DNA of 64,000 nucleotides. Source: TPA_inf: Saccharomyces (Eukaryota). Below are positions 50,899 through 62,623 of this stretch, piece after piece. Each line of letters opens with the position of its first letter. Positions within the stretch are counted from its first letter, which is position 1. The notes under the pieces were generated by a model, which worked only from the letters and a program-made list of their open reading frames with translations, searched no databases and was not told where the DNA came from. The stretch lies in contig BK006948.2 in NCBI GenBank assembly GCA_000146045.2, positions 832,001-896,000 on the forward strand. Direction: 5' to 3'. The position numbers and the translations under genes were made by a program.

Positions 50899-52134
50899 AT
50901 GTCCTCCGCTGCAACAAAAGCTACTTTCTGTATCCAAAATGGTCCTTCCTTTGAAGGTATATCTTTTGGTGCAAACAAATCTGTTGCTGGTGAAACAGTT
51001 TTCACTACTTCTCTGGTTGGTTACCCAGAGTCCATGACTGATCCTTCCTACCGTGGTCAGATATTAGTCTTCACGCAACCCTTGATTGGTAACTACGGTG
51101 TCCCATCCGGCGAAGCCCGCGATGAATACAATTTACTGAAGTATTTTGAATCTCCGCATATACATGTGGTCGGCATCGTTGTCGCTGAATATGCTTATCA
51201 ATATTCGCATTGGACCGCTGTTGAATCTCTGGCACAATGGTGTCAGAGAGAAGGTGTTGCTGCTATTACTGGCGTAGACACCCGTGAACTAGTGCAATAC
51301 TTGAGGGAACAAGGTTCTTCTTTGGGCCGTATTACGTTGGCTGATCATGACCCTGTCCCCTACGTGAATCCCATGAAAACTAACTTGGTTGCTCAAGTCA
51401 CCACAAAAAAGCCTTTCCACGTCTCTGCCTTACCTGGGAAGGCTAAGGCAAATGTGGCTCTTATTGACTGTGGTGTTAAAGAAAACATTATCAGATGCCT
51501 AGTCAAAAGAGGTGCCAATGTAACTGTTTTCCCCTATGATTACAGAATTCAAGATGTTGCTTCTGAATTCGACGGTATTTTCTTATCCAATGGACCAGGC
51601 AACCCAGAACTATGCCAAGCTACAATTTCCAACGTCAGGGAATTACTAAATAACCCTGTTTATGACTGTATCCCTATTTTTGGGATTTGTCTAGGCCATC
51701 AACTCTTGGCTCTGGCCTCCGGTGCCTCTACTCACAAATTGAAATATGGTAATAGGGCTCACAACATCCCTGCCATGGATTTGACTACCGGCCAGTGCCA
51801 CATTACATCTCAAAATCATGGCTATGCAGTTGATCCTGAGACCCTACCAAAGGACCAATGGAAACCTTATTTTGTTAATTTAAACGACAAATCAAACGAA
51901 GGCATGATACACCTTCAAAGACCCATATTTTCTACCCAATTTCACCCAGAGGCAAAAGGTGGTCCCTTAGACACAGCTATTCTTTTTGACAAATTCTTCG
52001 ATAATATAGAAAAATACCAATTACAATCTCAGGCAAAAAGTTCAATCTCACTAAAAGTAACATACAGTACCGATAAATCGAGATTGCAGAGTATAAATGT
52101 TACTAAGTTGGCCAAGGAAAGAGTGTTGTTCTAA
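50899..52134 (+). CDS. CPA1: carbamoyl-phosphate synthase (arginine-specific) small glutamine-amidotransferase subunit, 411 aa
   Basis: The in-frame ATG at 50899 gives [20 protein letters not shown]. The class-I GATase triad has the Cys in [10 protein letters not shown] and the His in FHPE. Confidence 0.9.
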   Translation: MSSAATKATFCIQNGPSFEGISFGANKSVAGETVFTTSLVGYPESMTDPSYRGQILVFTQPLIGNYGVPSGEARDEYNLLKYFESPHIHVVGIVVAEYAYQYSHWTAVESLAQWCQREGVAAITGVDTRELVQYLREQGSSLGRITLADHDPVPYVNPMKTNLVAQVTTKKPFHVSALPGKAKANVALIDCGVKENIIRCLVKRGANVTVFPYDYRIQDVASEFDGIFLSNGPGNPELCQATISNVRELLNNPVYDCIPIFGICLGHQLLALASGASTHKLKYGNRAHNIPAMDLTTGQCHITSQNHGYAVDPETLPKDQWKPYFVNLNDKSNEGMIHLQRPIFSTQFHPEAKGGPLDTAILFDKFFDNIEKYQLQSQAKSSISLKVTYSTDKSRLQSINVTKLAKERVLF

Positions 52135-52513
52135 AAACAAAATTTATACATTACGTAACACATACGTACATCTAAATACGATTCAATTCAGTTCATGGTA
52201 TTTTGCGCTACTCGTCGTTGCTTAGTATCTACTCGCAGTTGTCATAATTAACGGGCGCTTCTTGTAATTAAATGAACAAAAAAACGTAACGTACGTACAA
52301 TGGCTCTAATTTCATCCTGCCATCCTAAAAAAAAAATCAAATAAAGCAGACTCAAAAATTTTCAGCTTCAGTTAAATTTTGATAAGTATATTTGCATAAC
52401 TCAAGGAGTTTGTGCAAACGGTTTTCTTTCTTTGTGGTTTGTTTTATTTACTTTCCAATAATACCCGTCTTGTTGGTTTAAGTCGTAACAAAAGGAAAAC
52501 TTACAATCAGATC

Positions 52514-55500
52514 ATGACGACCCAGCAAGAGGAGCAACGAAGTGATACCAAGAATAGCAAAAGCGAGTCACCTTCAGAAGTTTTAGTCGATACTCTCGAC
52601 TCAAAGTCAAATGGCAGTAGTGATGATGATAATATCGGACAAAGTGAAGAGCTATCAGATAAAGAAATATATACAGTAGAAGATAGACCACCAGAATATT
52701 GGGCTCAAAGAAAGAAAAAATTCGTACTTGATGTAGATCCAAAATACGCCAAGCAAAAGGACAAGTCCGATACGTACAAAAGATTCAAATATTTATTAGG
52801 CGTCACAGACCTTTTCCGTCATTTTATTGGAATTAAGGCAAAACATGATAAAAATATTCAAAAACTCTTAAAACAGTTAGATTCTGATGCAAACAAACTT
52901 TCCAAATCACACAGCACCGTCAGTTCGTCATCACGTCACCATAGAAAAACAGAAAAGGAGGAAGATGCTGAATTAATGGCTGATGAGGAAGAAGAGATTG
53001 TAGATACATATCAGGAAGACATATTCGTCTCAGAATCTCCCTCCTTCGTCAAGTCAGGAAAATTAAGAGACTATCAAGTTCAAGGCTTAAACTGGTTAAT
53101 ATCGTTGCACGAAAACAAACTATCTGGTATCTTGGCCGATGAAATGGGGCTGGGTAAAACCTTACAAACAATTTCATTCCTAGGTTATTTGAGATACGTC
53201 AAACAAATCGAGGGACCCTTTCTAATAATAGTACCGAAGTCAACACTAGATAATTGGAGACGAGAGTTTCTTAAATGGACTCCAAACGTCAATGTCCTTG
53301 TGTTACATGGTGATAAAGACACAAGAGCTGATATAGTACGGAATATAATATTAGAAGCTAGATTTGATGTATTGATTACATCTTATGAAATGGTCATTAG
53401 AGAAAAGAATGCTTTGAAAAGATTAGCTTGGCAATATATTGTTATTGATGAGGCTCACAGGATCAAAAATGAACAAAGCGCGTTATCTCAAATAATTAGA
53501 TTATTTTACTCTAAGAATAGATTATTGATTACGGGCACGCCTCTACAAAACAATCTACACGAATTATGGGCCCTGCTAAATTTCTTATTACCTGATATAT
53601 TTGGAGATTCTGAACTTTTTGATGAATGGTTCGAACAAAACAATTCGGAACAAGATCAAGAAATTGTAATCCAACAGCTACACTCAGTACTAAACCCCTT
53701 TTTACTGAGAAGAGTCAAAGCGGATGTCGAAAAATCTTTGCTACCTAAAATCGAAACGAATGTTTACGTGGGGATGACAGACATGCAAATACAATGGTAT
53801 AAATCATTATTAGAGAAGGATATAGACGCTGTTAACGGTGCTGTTGGAAAAAGAGAAGGCAAAACGAGGTTACTGAATATTGTTATGCAATTAAGGAAAT
53901 GCTGTAATCATCCATATCTTTTTGAAGGCGCAGAACCTGGACCTCCATACACTACCGATGAACATTTGATTTTCAATTCCGGGAAAATGATTATATTAGA
54001 TAAGTTACTGAAAAGACTGAAGGAAAAGGGATCTAGAGTATTGATTTTCAGTCAAATGTCGAGACTATTGGATATCTTAGAAGATTATTGCTATTTTAGA
54101 GATTTTGAATATTGCAGAATCGACGGTTCTACTAGCCATGAAGAACGTATAGAAGCTATCGATGAGTATAATAAACCTAATTCTGAAAAGTTCGTTTTTT
54201 TGCTAACAACACGTGCCGGTGGTTTAGGTATTAACCTTGTCACAGCCGACACTGTTATTCTTTTTGATTCTGATTGGAACCCTCAAGCTGATCTACAAGC
54301 AATGGATAGAGCGCATAGAATTGGTCAAAAGAAACAAGTTCATGTTTATAGATTTGTCACAGAAAATGCTATTGAAGAGAAAGTCATTGAGCGTGCCGCA
54401 CAAAAGCTGAGACTAGACCAGTTGGTTATCCAACAGGGCACGGGCAAGAAAACTGCATCTCTTGGTAACTCAAAGGATGATCTGTTGGATATGATTCAAT
54501 TTGGCGCTAAAAATATGTTTGAAAAGAAAGCAAGTAAAGTCACTGTTGATGCTGATATCGATGATATTTTGAAAAAGGGGGAACAGAAGACACAAGAACT
54601 AAATGCCAAATACCAAAGTTTAGGACTTGACGACTTACAAAAGTTCAATGGGATCGAGAACCAATCTGCTTACGAATGGAATGGTAAAAGCTTTCAAAAA
54701 AAATCCAACGACAAAGTAGTTGAATGGATTAATCCTTCCCGAAGAGAAAGAAGAAGAGAGCAAACCACTTATTCAGTTGACGATTATTATAAGGAAATTA
54801 TTGGTGGTGGCTCTAAATCAGCAAGCAAGCAAACTCCGCAGCCAAAAGCACCCCGCGCTCCAAAGGTTATACACGGTCAAGATTTCCAGTTCTTCCCCAA
54901 GGAGTTGGATGCCTTACAAGAAAAGGAACAGCTTTACTTCAAGAAAAAGGTCAACTATAAGGTTACTTCTTATGATATTACGGGAGATATACGTAATGAA
55001 GGAAGCGATGCTGAAGAAGAAGAAGGAGAATACAAAAATGCCGCTAATACAGAAGGTCATAAAGGCCATGAGGAACTTAAAAGAAGGATTGAGGAGGAGC
55101 AAGAGAAGATTAATTCAGCACCGGATTTTACCCAAGAAGATGAATTACGAAAGCAAGAATTGATATCAAAAGCCTTTACTAACTGGAATAAGAGGGACTT
55201 TATGGCGTTTATCAACGCCTGCGCCAAATACGGTAGAGATGATATGGAAAACATTAAGAAATCTATTGATTCCAAAACACCAGAAGAGGTTGAAGTGTAT
55301 GCAAAAATATTCTGGGAAAGACTAAAGGAAATCAATGGGTGGGAGAAGTATTTACATAATGTAGAACTTGGTGAAAAAAAAAATGAAAAACTGAAATTCC
55401 AGGAAACTCTATTGAGGCAGAAAATCGAACAGTGTAAACATCCATTACATGAGCTGATAATACAGTATCCACCTAATAATGCTAGAAGAACTTACAATAC

Positions 55501-55876
55501 CTTAGAAGATAAATTTTTATTATTAGCTGTTAACAAGTACGGACTTCGTGCTGACAAGCTCTATGAAAAATTAAAGCAAGAAATCATGATGAGTGATTTG
55601 TTCACTTTTGATTGGTTTATAAAGACAAGAACGGTGCATGAGCTATCAAAAAGAGTCCATACGCTATTAACTTTAATTGTAAGAGAGTATGAGCAACCTG
55701 ACGCAAATAAGAAGAAAAGGAGTAGAACTTCAGCGACTAGAGAGGATACTCCTTTATCCCAAAATGAAAGCACTAGAGCTTCAACGGTTCCAAATCTCCC
55801 GACGACGATGGTGACAAATCAAAAAGATACAAACGATCATGTTGATAAAAGAACCAAAATTGATCAAGAAGCATGA
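52514..55876 (+). CDS. ISW2: ISWI-family chromatin-remodelling ATPase, 1120 aa
   Basis: The track start is a GTG codon. The ATG at 52514 gives [11 protein letters not shown]. The SNF2-family motifs are [21 protein letters not shown] and [11 protein letters not shown] plus the helicase C, and HAND-SANT-SLIDE modules lie at the C-terminus. Confidence 0.9.
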   Translation: MTTQQEEQRSDTKNSKSESPSEVLVDTLDSKSNGSSDDDNIGQSEELSDKEIYTVEDRPPEYWAQRKKKFVLDVDPKYAKQKDKSDTYKRFKYLLGVTDLFRHFIGIKAKHDKNIQKLLKQLDSDANKLSKSHSTVSSSSRHHRKTEKEEDAELMADEEEEIVDTYQEDIFVSESPSFVKSGKLRDYQVQGLNWLISLHENKLSGILADEMGLGKTLQTISFLGYLRYVKQIEGPFLIIVPKSTLDNWRREFLKWTPNVNVLVLHGDKDTRADIVRNIILEARFDVLITSYEMVIREKNALKRLAWQYIVIDEAHRIKNEQSALSQIIRLFYSKNRLLITGTPLQNNLHELWALLNFLLPDIFGDSELFDEWFEQNNSEQDQEIVIQQLHSVLNPFLLRRVKADVEKSLLPKIETNVYVGMTDMQIQWYKSLLEKDIDAVNGAVGKREGKTRLLNIVMQLRKCCNHPYLFEGAEPGPPYTTDEHLIFNSGKMIILDKLLKRLKEKGSRVLIFSQMSRLLDILEDYCYFRDFEYCRIDGSTSHEERIEAIDEYNKPNSEKFVFLLTTRAGGLGINLVTADTVILFDSDWNPQADLQAMDRAHRIGQKKQVHVYRFVTENAIEEKVIERAAQKLRLDQLVIQQGTGKKTASLGNSKDDLLDMIQFGAKNMFEKKASKVTVDADIDDILKKGEQKTQELNAKYQSLGLDDLQKFNGIENQSAYEWNGKSFQKKSNDKVVEWINPSRRERRREQTTYSVDDYYKEIIGGGSKSASKQTPQPKAPRAPKVIHGQDFQFFPKELDALQEKEQLYFKKKVNYKVTSYDITGDIRNEGSDAEEEEGEYKNAANTEGHKGHEELKRRIEEEQEKINSAPDFTQEDELRKQELISKAFTNWNKRDFMAFINACAKYGRDDMENIKKSIDSKTPEEVEVYAKIFWERLKEINGWEKYLHNVELGEKKNEKLKFQETLLRQKIEQCKHPLHELIIQYPPNNARRTYNTLEDKFLLLAVNKYGLRADKLYEKLKQEIMMSDLFTFDWFIKTRTVHELSKRVHTLLTLIVREYEQPDANKKKRSRTSATREDTPLSQNESTRASTVPNLPTTMVTNQKDTNDHVDKRTKIDQEA

Positions 55877-56519
55877 ATCATGTATTGTGCATTAAAATAA
55901 GTGACGTGAGAGATATAATTTTTTATATTACTTTTTCATTGAATACAATTAAACTAACGAGCCTTATAGACCGCATTATATAATGAACCGTAGCCACTTC
56001 TTGACCACTATCTTCAAGTTTGATAATGATAAATGACAGGTAATCATATTTCAGTCACCTTTTTCCCTTCAATGAAATGTGATATCGCTGCAAAAATGGT
56101 GAATGAAGAGGACAAATTAAGTCTAACTGGGTCGAGCCGCTTTAACTAATTCATATCCATTCTAAGATAATTGAACTGCTGAAAACTAAAGCCTGCTTTG
56201 ATACTTGTCATATTGTATTTATCTACAAACTTACATTAACAACAGTGTACTGAATTATAAGAGAGCAATTGCCAAAAAAGTCATTTAGTTAAAACTTCTC
56301 CATTTCAAGTTTCCAAGGATAGGTGAAGTGCTATCCCAGAGACTCCAAAAACATGCGAATATATTATTAAGTTTCAGTTGATTAATATTTCTAAACCATA
56401 TAAAAAAGCACGTATTTGGCACGATCTGTAGTTAATTGCAACCTAGTTACGCGATAGCACGCGTTTTCTTTTTTATGAATAAAAGCATTAGAAGTTTCCA
56501 TGTTACTACTCACCTGCTC

Positions 56520-56750
56520 TCACCGACTCATTTTGTTAAGCTTGTCTTCAATTGCTTGTATACTGCGTGAAAACTCATCATCATTTTCCTTCATTTGCCT
56601 CTGAACATCCTTTAGTGATTTTTCTATTTCATTTGCCAGGTCAAACACGGTTACAATATTTTCTGTATCTCCCTTTATTGAGTTAGTCTCAGATGTATTG
56701 GCCAAGGGAGCCTGTGGTTCCTCCGAAGCTTCCAGTTTTTCAGTACTCAT
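56520..56750 (-). CDS. BIL1: small 76-aa protein (YOR304C-A; Bud6-interacting)
   Basis: The intact 76-codon ORF MSTEKLEASEEPQAPLANTS... is on the minus strand. The length and locus between ISW2 and RRG7 match my recollection of YOR304C-A. Confidence 0.55.
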   Translation of the reverse strand: MSTEKLEASEEPQAPLANTSETNSIKGDTENIVTVFDLANEIEKSLKDVQRQMKENDDEFSRSIQAIEDKLNKMSR

Positions 56751-56848
56751 TACAGTGCTCCTTCAGAAGATGCAAGTCACATTTACAATATCATTTAGCG
56801 CTAAGGTAAAATGTACCTGTAAGCCAAGCCGCTTCATTGGTTTGCTAG

Positions 56849-56872
56849 TTTTTTTTTTTTTTTTTTTTTTTT
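56849..56872. repeat. about 24-nt poly(dA:dT) tract in the BIL1/RRG7 divergent promoter
   Basis: An uninterrupted run of about 24 T residues. Confidence 0.9.
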
Positions 56873-57021
56873 CAAATTATTTATCGAGGCCAACTGAAAA
56901 GCAAAACAACATGGTTGATCGATACATAGAAATTAACGACCAGGAAGCGAAATACTGCAGCAAATTTCTAAAGCTTCTTCCTATATAAAACACGGTAAAG
57001 AACGGTAAAACATGATAAAAC

Positions 57022-57750
57022 ATGATAAAAAACTATTTGGGACGAAGATGGCTCAATAATCCTGCAATTCAAGCATATGTGAAACAAAATGCTGCTGTCG
57101 CCCATTCTACGGTGTTTCAAGGAAATCTTTATGAATATACGGTGATGAGGGAGTTATCTGAGAAACTACGAATGACAAAGTTGAGAAAAACCGGTGGCGC
57201 CCATGATGGTGGCGTAGACATAAAGGGAAGCTGGCCAGTAGATGATATTTATTGGAAAATTTCATCGTTAATGCCCAATTTGGAAATGGCTAGTAACATA
57301 AAAAGAACGAACTCGCAAAATGGCTTCGTATTGAAACCTTTAAAGTATAGGATAATCGACCATACTTTTGAACCATTGAAAGTACTAGTCCAATGTAAGG
57401 CTTTCACTAAATCAAAATTATCTCCTAGAGAATTCCGTGAGTTAGTAGGAACATTCACCTCACTAGTATCACATAGTCAACGCAACAAAACAGTATGCAT
57501 TATGTGTTCCCCTCATATGTTAACAAAAGATACCTTAAATCTTATCAATAACATCACGCTTCCTCTGATATATTTACGTGTTGAGATGCTGAAAGAGAAG
57601 ACTGACGGGCACTTTGACTTAATCAATTCAGGAAAACTAATTAATTATTACGAGAATTCATACGCCTCTACGTTAATGCAAGATTGCAAGATTTCTGAAT
57701 GGCTGAAGTTGAAGTTGTACAAAAATAGTGACTTTAATTCGGAAAAATAA
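57022..57750 (+). CDS. RRG7: mitochondrial protein required for respiratory growth, with Mrr-like PD-(D/E)xK nuclease-fold motifs, 242 aa
   Basis: The motifs [12 protein letters not shown] and VLVQCKAF resemble the catalytic core of Mrr-type restriction endonucleases. The length matches Rrg7. Confidence 0.65.
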
Positions 57751-57766
57751 AAAAAAAAAAAAAAAC
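57749..57766. repeat. A18 homopolymer beginning inside the RRG7 stop codon (3' UTR)
   Basis: ggaaaaaTAAaaaaaaaaaaaaaaaaaacat. Confidence 0.9.
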
Positions 57767-57866
57767 ATAAGGAAATTTTAATTAAATAGTCTATCTACAC
57801 ATTTCCTAAAAGAAAATATTATTGCATTACTTTTTTGAAGATCTATAAAGGGCACTGTCTTACTTT

Positions 57867-59432
57867 TTAAAATCTGACCCACTTGAAGCCAACACAGTAT
57901 GCTCTCGAAATTATGTAGCAAACAGCGCTTACAAAAGTTGCCAAACCGCAAAAAATAATATAGTGTTGGTAATCGGCCGTTGTCTTGATAGAGATAATGG
58001 CACCTGTTATCGGAATGCCGACTAAAGTACCGAAACCGACAACGAAGTACATTGTAGAGTAACGTTTACCGAACTCTTCCGTTTTAGATATCTGGCCACA
58101 GCAAACAGGAAGTAAGGAGAAAACGCTTCCAGAACAAAATCCATATAGGGCACTAATAACGTACATATTTGTCAAATTGGTACCAAATGGTAACCAACCA
58201 ACAAACATGACGATAAATAGAGTGAGTAGAGTTGCAATTGCGACGTTAAACCTACCGAACTTATCGCTCAAATAGCCAGGAACCCATCTCCCGGGTATGC
58301 CGCAGACATTTATAATCATAATCAAGGTGTAGGCGTCATTAGCAGAAATTCCATGGCTGGTGGCGTATGATCCATAATAAGTAAGAGCTGAATTAATGGA
58401 TAACTCACTAAATACCGTTCCCAGGACACAAAAAAGATATTTCATATCCAGGAAAGCCTTCGCATCAAAACATTGCAGAATATAAACTCTGAGTATGTAT
58501 CTCCAACGTGACTCACCATCTTTGGAATTTTCGATAACATGTGGTAACCTCTCTTTGACTAAAATGATTGACAGAGTTAGCAAAGCCAAATCTAAAAATC
58601 CTAAAGTTCTAATGCCCCAAACAAATCCATAAGTTGGATCAGTGTCTGACTTCATAGAGAAGAAACTACGCAACATAATTGGGAAAACGACGCCACCCAC
58701 ACTACCACCAATAGTGGCCATTGCCAATGCAGTACCACGTCTCTTAAAAAAATAGTGGGCGGGAACACTTACTAGGGGACTCAGTACAATACCATTACCG
58801 AACCCGCAGACAATGGCAAAGGACAGTATGAAGTGCCAATATTTAGTAGAGTTGGCGGTAGCGAACAGACCGGCTACATGAAAAACCGTGCCCACAATCA
58901 TAATTGTCCTAAATCCATTTCTATCAAAGTAAGTACCACTAATGATACATGAGGCAGAGCAAACAAAAAGAAACAAAGAAAACAGCCAACCAATGGTAGA
59001 AACACTTTCACTGGATAATTGATTGTCCTGTAGATGACTTTCTATGACCCCCGTTGAGTTTAATAAACCAAAGCATGCAATTAGACCCAAGAAGCAACCA
59101 AATGTCACAACCCAAGCCTTGAATCCACCCTCCGGGAAGCTTTCAATTTCTTCATTGGAATCTTCTTCTTTGTCACTGTCGTGCGTGCTCGAGGTATTTT
59201 CACCCCAATGTGGTTGGCTTTCAATGTCAGTTCCTTTATTTACTTCCTTCTTGGTATACACCTTTGCCGACACCGACGTTGACGCGTAAGAGGCAGTAGT
59301 CTCTAATGACTCTAAATCATCAGCTTCTGGATCATAATGTATGCTATCCTCATCTAAATCAGGTTGCCGCAGTTGGTTGGTTTGTTCTTCTGGAACTATA
59401 GTGTCTTTAGGCGTTAAACTGTCTGAGCTCAT
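57867..59432 (-). CDS. MCH5: MFS monocarboxylate-transporter-family protein (plasma-membrane riboflavin transporter), 521 aa
   Basis: It has 12 TM helices and an acidic N-terminal tail. Recognised as Mch5. Confidence 0.8.
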   Translation of the reverse strand: MSSDSLTPKDTIVPEEQTNQLRQPDLDEDSIHYDPEADDLESLETTASYASTSVSAKVYTKKEVNKGTDIESQPHWGENTSSTHDSDKEEDSNEEIESFPEGGFKAWVVTFGCFLGLIACFGLLNSTGVIESHLQDNQLSSESVSTIGWLFSLFLFVCSASCIISGTYFDRNGFRTIMIVGTVFHVAGLFATANSTKYWHFILSFAIVCGFGNGIVLSPLVSVPAHYFFKRRGTALAMATIGGSVGGVVFPIMLRSFFSMKSDTDPTYGFVWGIRTLGFLDLALLTLSIILVKERLPHVIENSKDGESRWRYILRVYILQCFDAKAFLDMKYLFCVLGTVFSELSINSALTYYGSYATSHGISANDAYTLIMIINVCGIPGRWVPGYLSDKFGRFNVAIATLLTLFIVMFVGWLPFGTNLTNMYVISALYGFCSGSVFSLLPVCCGQISKTEEFGKRYSTMYFVVGFGTLVGIPITGAIISIKTTADYQHYIIFCGLATFVSAVCYIISRAYCVGFKWVRF

Positions 59433-60730
59433 TATTTTTCTTTTTAATCTATAGTAAAATCAGAGCTTTTTAATCGATAGTATGCCCCCGTGATCTTAGT
59501 TATTCAGATCTTAGTATGTTTTTACAGATATAACCTATCCTTCACTAACTTTGAAGAGAGAATTGCTATTTGAGAATTTCCAAACGTACATCAAGCAGTT
59601 TATATATCTAGTCCCCGTAACTACTGGGAGATCTAACCAAATAGCTTCTTTATTATATTCATTTCTCTGAGCAAAATAGATATTTTTGAAAAATTTTCCT
59701 CTAGTTTCTTTTCAGAGATGTCTCTCTATTATTAGCCTCATACAATACCGCCTAGGGCGATTCAGCAGAACAGTAATTATTCCGCTGTATTTCTTTTTCA
59801 GGTGCCTCAAACGTCTATAGAACAGCGCGCAGCAGGTTGAGAAAAATGTCAAAAATTCGATCCTTTCCTATCTTTTCTTTTTCGGACGCCAAAGCGCAGT
59901 ATTCAACCGACGATGTTCGGGAAGCCACCCCCGAGATCATAATAACAGGTGCGTTGTGACTCTATTGTTAACACGAGGGAAAAGATGGAATAATTTTGGA
60001 GAAACACAATGTCGTTCTAGCGGGAAAAAAGGGCAAAACCAAAAAACACGGAGTCTGTCCAATATTAATTTGGTTAAAGCAGTTCGTATAACCAAACTTT
60101 ATTGGCATTGTCCGTCGACTAGTCTATTTTTATTTCTCTCAACCTTTCGAGTACTTGGAAAAAGGAGTAGATCCGCTTTCAGCAATCGAAGCAATAGGCA
60201 TTAGGGGTAGAGCAATCCTCAAAATCCTTGTGCCTCGACTGTGGGTTCTAGTATGATCGCTATTTTTTCTTATTCTTTCCTAGTTAAAGCAATAGTTGTT
60301 CGTTCTATAAGTTTTTCCGCGAGATCGTGGAAATACCTTAAAAAAGACGCGTGTATGGCTCCTGCATGCGAATCTTCTCTTTTGCTTTGTAATCGCATGT
60401 GAGATAATCAAGGGATTGTAGCCATTGTTTTCGAAAAATAATAAAATGACCGCACTTTATCCTCCACGGAGCGGAAGGCCATTCCCGTACGCATATTAAT
60501 GTAAATGAGATAAATAACCAAATAAGTACCGCCACATCGGATTTTTAACCTTGATATGGTGCGGGGGTGGGGTAACAGTTTAGGATCTTGAAGTAATGCT
60601 AGCAACAGAGGTAGTAGCAGTAAATAAGATAAAAAAGACCTTCGAGGGTTTTTTTTTTGATTATATATTTGATATAGTACTAAGTGTCCTACCTTGAATG
60701 ATGGTTTGTACTCAATAGTATTACTTCATA

Positions 60731-62092
60731 TTATGCCTGACGTCCATCTTTTTTGGAAAGCCCCCATTTGTCATAACCGTACAATCCGGCAATTGTCAAG
60801 ATAACACCAAACACCTGAAAAAAATTTAACTTTGTTTCCCAAAAGAGTGCCACGGATATAACAACAATCCTCTTCATGATGTTTGCTACCGAATAATTAA
60901 TGGAAGATAGTAAACCGATCAACTGGAAAGCAAGCATTGCTTGGAAAAAATGGGCTATTCCATGAATCGCTACAAGGGCTACTGTTTCTAGCGTTAAATC
61001 GTTGATAACGCTACCGCCATGCATTAATTCGCCGGTTAAAAAAGGTAATAGGGTTAAAGAAAACCCAATGCAGGAGCAGTAGAACAATATGGTAATCTTA
61101 TCCACTTGCAATGGAGAAAATCTTGTTTTGTCTAGACTCGGTTGCCCTTCCTTCGACGTGACGTCATCCGTAGAAGAAGACGGCAGTATTCCTACCTTCC
61201 TTCTGATGGTTAAAATATTCTTTGCAAAAATATTCTGTGCTACAAATATTATCATGGAAATAAAGGCAAAAAGCAACCCGATTAATGAAGATCCGCTTTT
61301 GTTATCTGAAGCCCTCTTACTGCCATGTGTTGACCAGCAAGTAGTCATAACGCCAAAAATTAAAAGTAACAAGGTATAATAAGTCATGGAATTGTAATAA
61401 CGATGTTCGAAAAATTTATAGTAGCCAACTGTTATTATTGGGGATAATGCCTTCACGGAATGCACTAGTGATACTGGTATCATAGATACCGCCTTGTGCG
61501 ATGTGATATGACCAATAAATTGGAATATTCCCATAGGGAAAGTGGTCATCAAAACCAGCTTTGAGGGAACTAAAAACTTGTGCAGGATAGAACTCCTGAA
61601 ATTGCCATCGAGATATTCAGGAAGGATACCGTCAGGGAAACTATTGAGTGCCTTTGAAAACTTCGTATGCTTCAAACGAGGTAGTCGGAATAAATTTACG
61701 ATGGAAGCAAATCCAACACATAGAACAGCACTAACAAGAAATTGCAATTCTGTGAGAGCTATGGGATGGTTGAAAGTTCTTAAAATGGCTTTAGATAGGT
61801 TACTTGAAATAGATGACGTGACGTACCATATAGAACAAATAATGGTTATTCTTAGGTCAACTTCAGGTAAGTACCCTTGTATATTACTAGGAAATAGTTG
61901 CGTGAATCTTTTTTTAAGGCTAGTAATATCATATCCAAAGACTTGATTACTGAATGTCTCCTTACTGTATTCTTTTTTTTGGTGTTGGAACCCCCCACGT
62001 GGTGGTTCTGGTATTTGATACAGTGATGGATCAAAGAGGTTTTTATGAACAGAATTACGTCGTTTGATCGCTGTACTTTGCGTTTGAATCAT
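60731..62092 (-). CDS. SLY41: triose-phosphate/phosphate-translocator family membrane protein (ER-Golgi transport suppressor), 453 aa
   Basis: The ATG whose complement is at 62090-62092 gives MIQTQSTAIKRRNSV. Two EamA/TPT repeats with about 8-10 TM helices are present. Confidence 0.75.
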   Translation of the reverse strand: MIQTQSTAIKRRNSVHKNLFDPSLYQIPEPPRGGFQHQKKEYSKETFSNQVFGYDITSLKKRFTQLFPSNIQGYLPEVDLRITIICSIWYVTSSISSNLSKAILRTFNHPIALTELQFLVSAVLCVGFASIVNLFRLPRLKHTKFSKALNSFPDGILPEYLDGNFRSSILHKFLVPSKLVLMTTFPMGIFQFIGHITSHKAVSMIPVSLVHSVKALSPIITVGYYKFFEHRYYNSMTYYTLLLLIFGVMTTCWSTHGSKRASDNKSGSSLIGLLFAFISMIIFVAQNIFAKNILTIRRKVGILPSSSTDDVTSKEGQPSLDKTRFSPLQVDKITILFYCSCIGFSLTLLPFLTGELMHGGSVINDLTLETVALVAIHGIAHFFQAMLAFQLIGLLSSINYSVANIMKRIVVISVALFWETKLNFFQVFGVILTIAGLYGYDKWGLSKKDGRQA

Positions 62093-62623
62093 GTTAGGCC
62101 GGTATTGTTTCTCCTTTATAAAAACGAATGGCTCCTTATTAAACACTTTTATCGTCAATCCACTTACTCTCTAAATATCGTAAGCTTTGCATATATAAGC
62201 ATATAATAAAAATAGTTGGTATATGCTGCACGTGTAGTCTAATGTTCTTTTCTTTTTTTTCTTTATTCTTTTTTCTCCTCTTTATGAATACAGATATTCA
62301 ATTTTTTGAATATCTGATTGTTTTTATTTTCATTTCAATTTTTTTTTTTTTTCAATTTTTTTTATCCGATCGTTGCGCCAAGCTTCTATCGCTTAAAACA
62401 ATGACACTTCGCTGTGAAATGACACAATGGCTTGAGATTCAGGCACAACGCAAAAGGTCTTTACAAATGTATATCACAGAATATTAATGTTTGAAAAGTA
62501 CTTCCGAATTCAAGGCCACCACGTAGCCTTATACACCAAATACAATTATACACAGGTTTCAAACTTGAGAAAAACAAGATATTGAATATTAAAAGCTGGG
62601 GCTAGTAGAATTTGCTGATTAGG

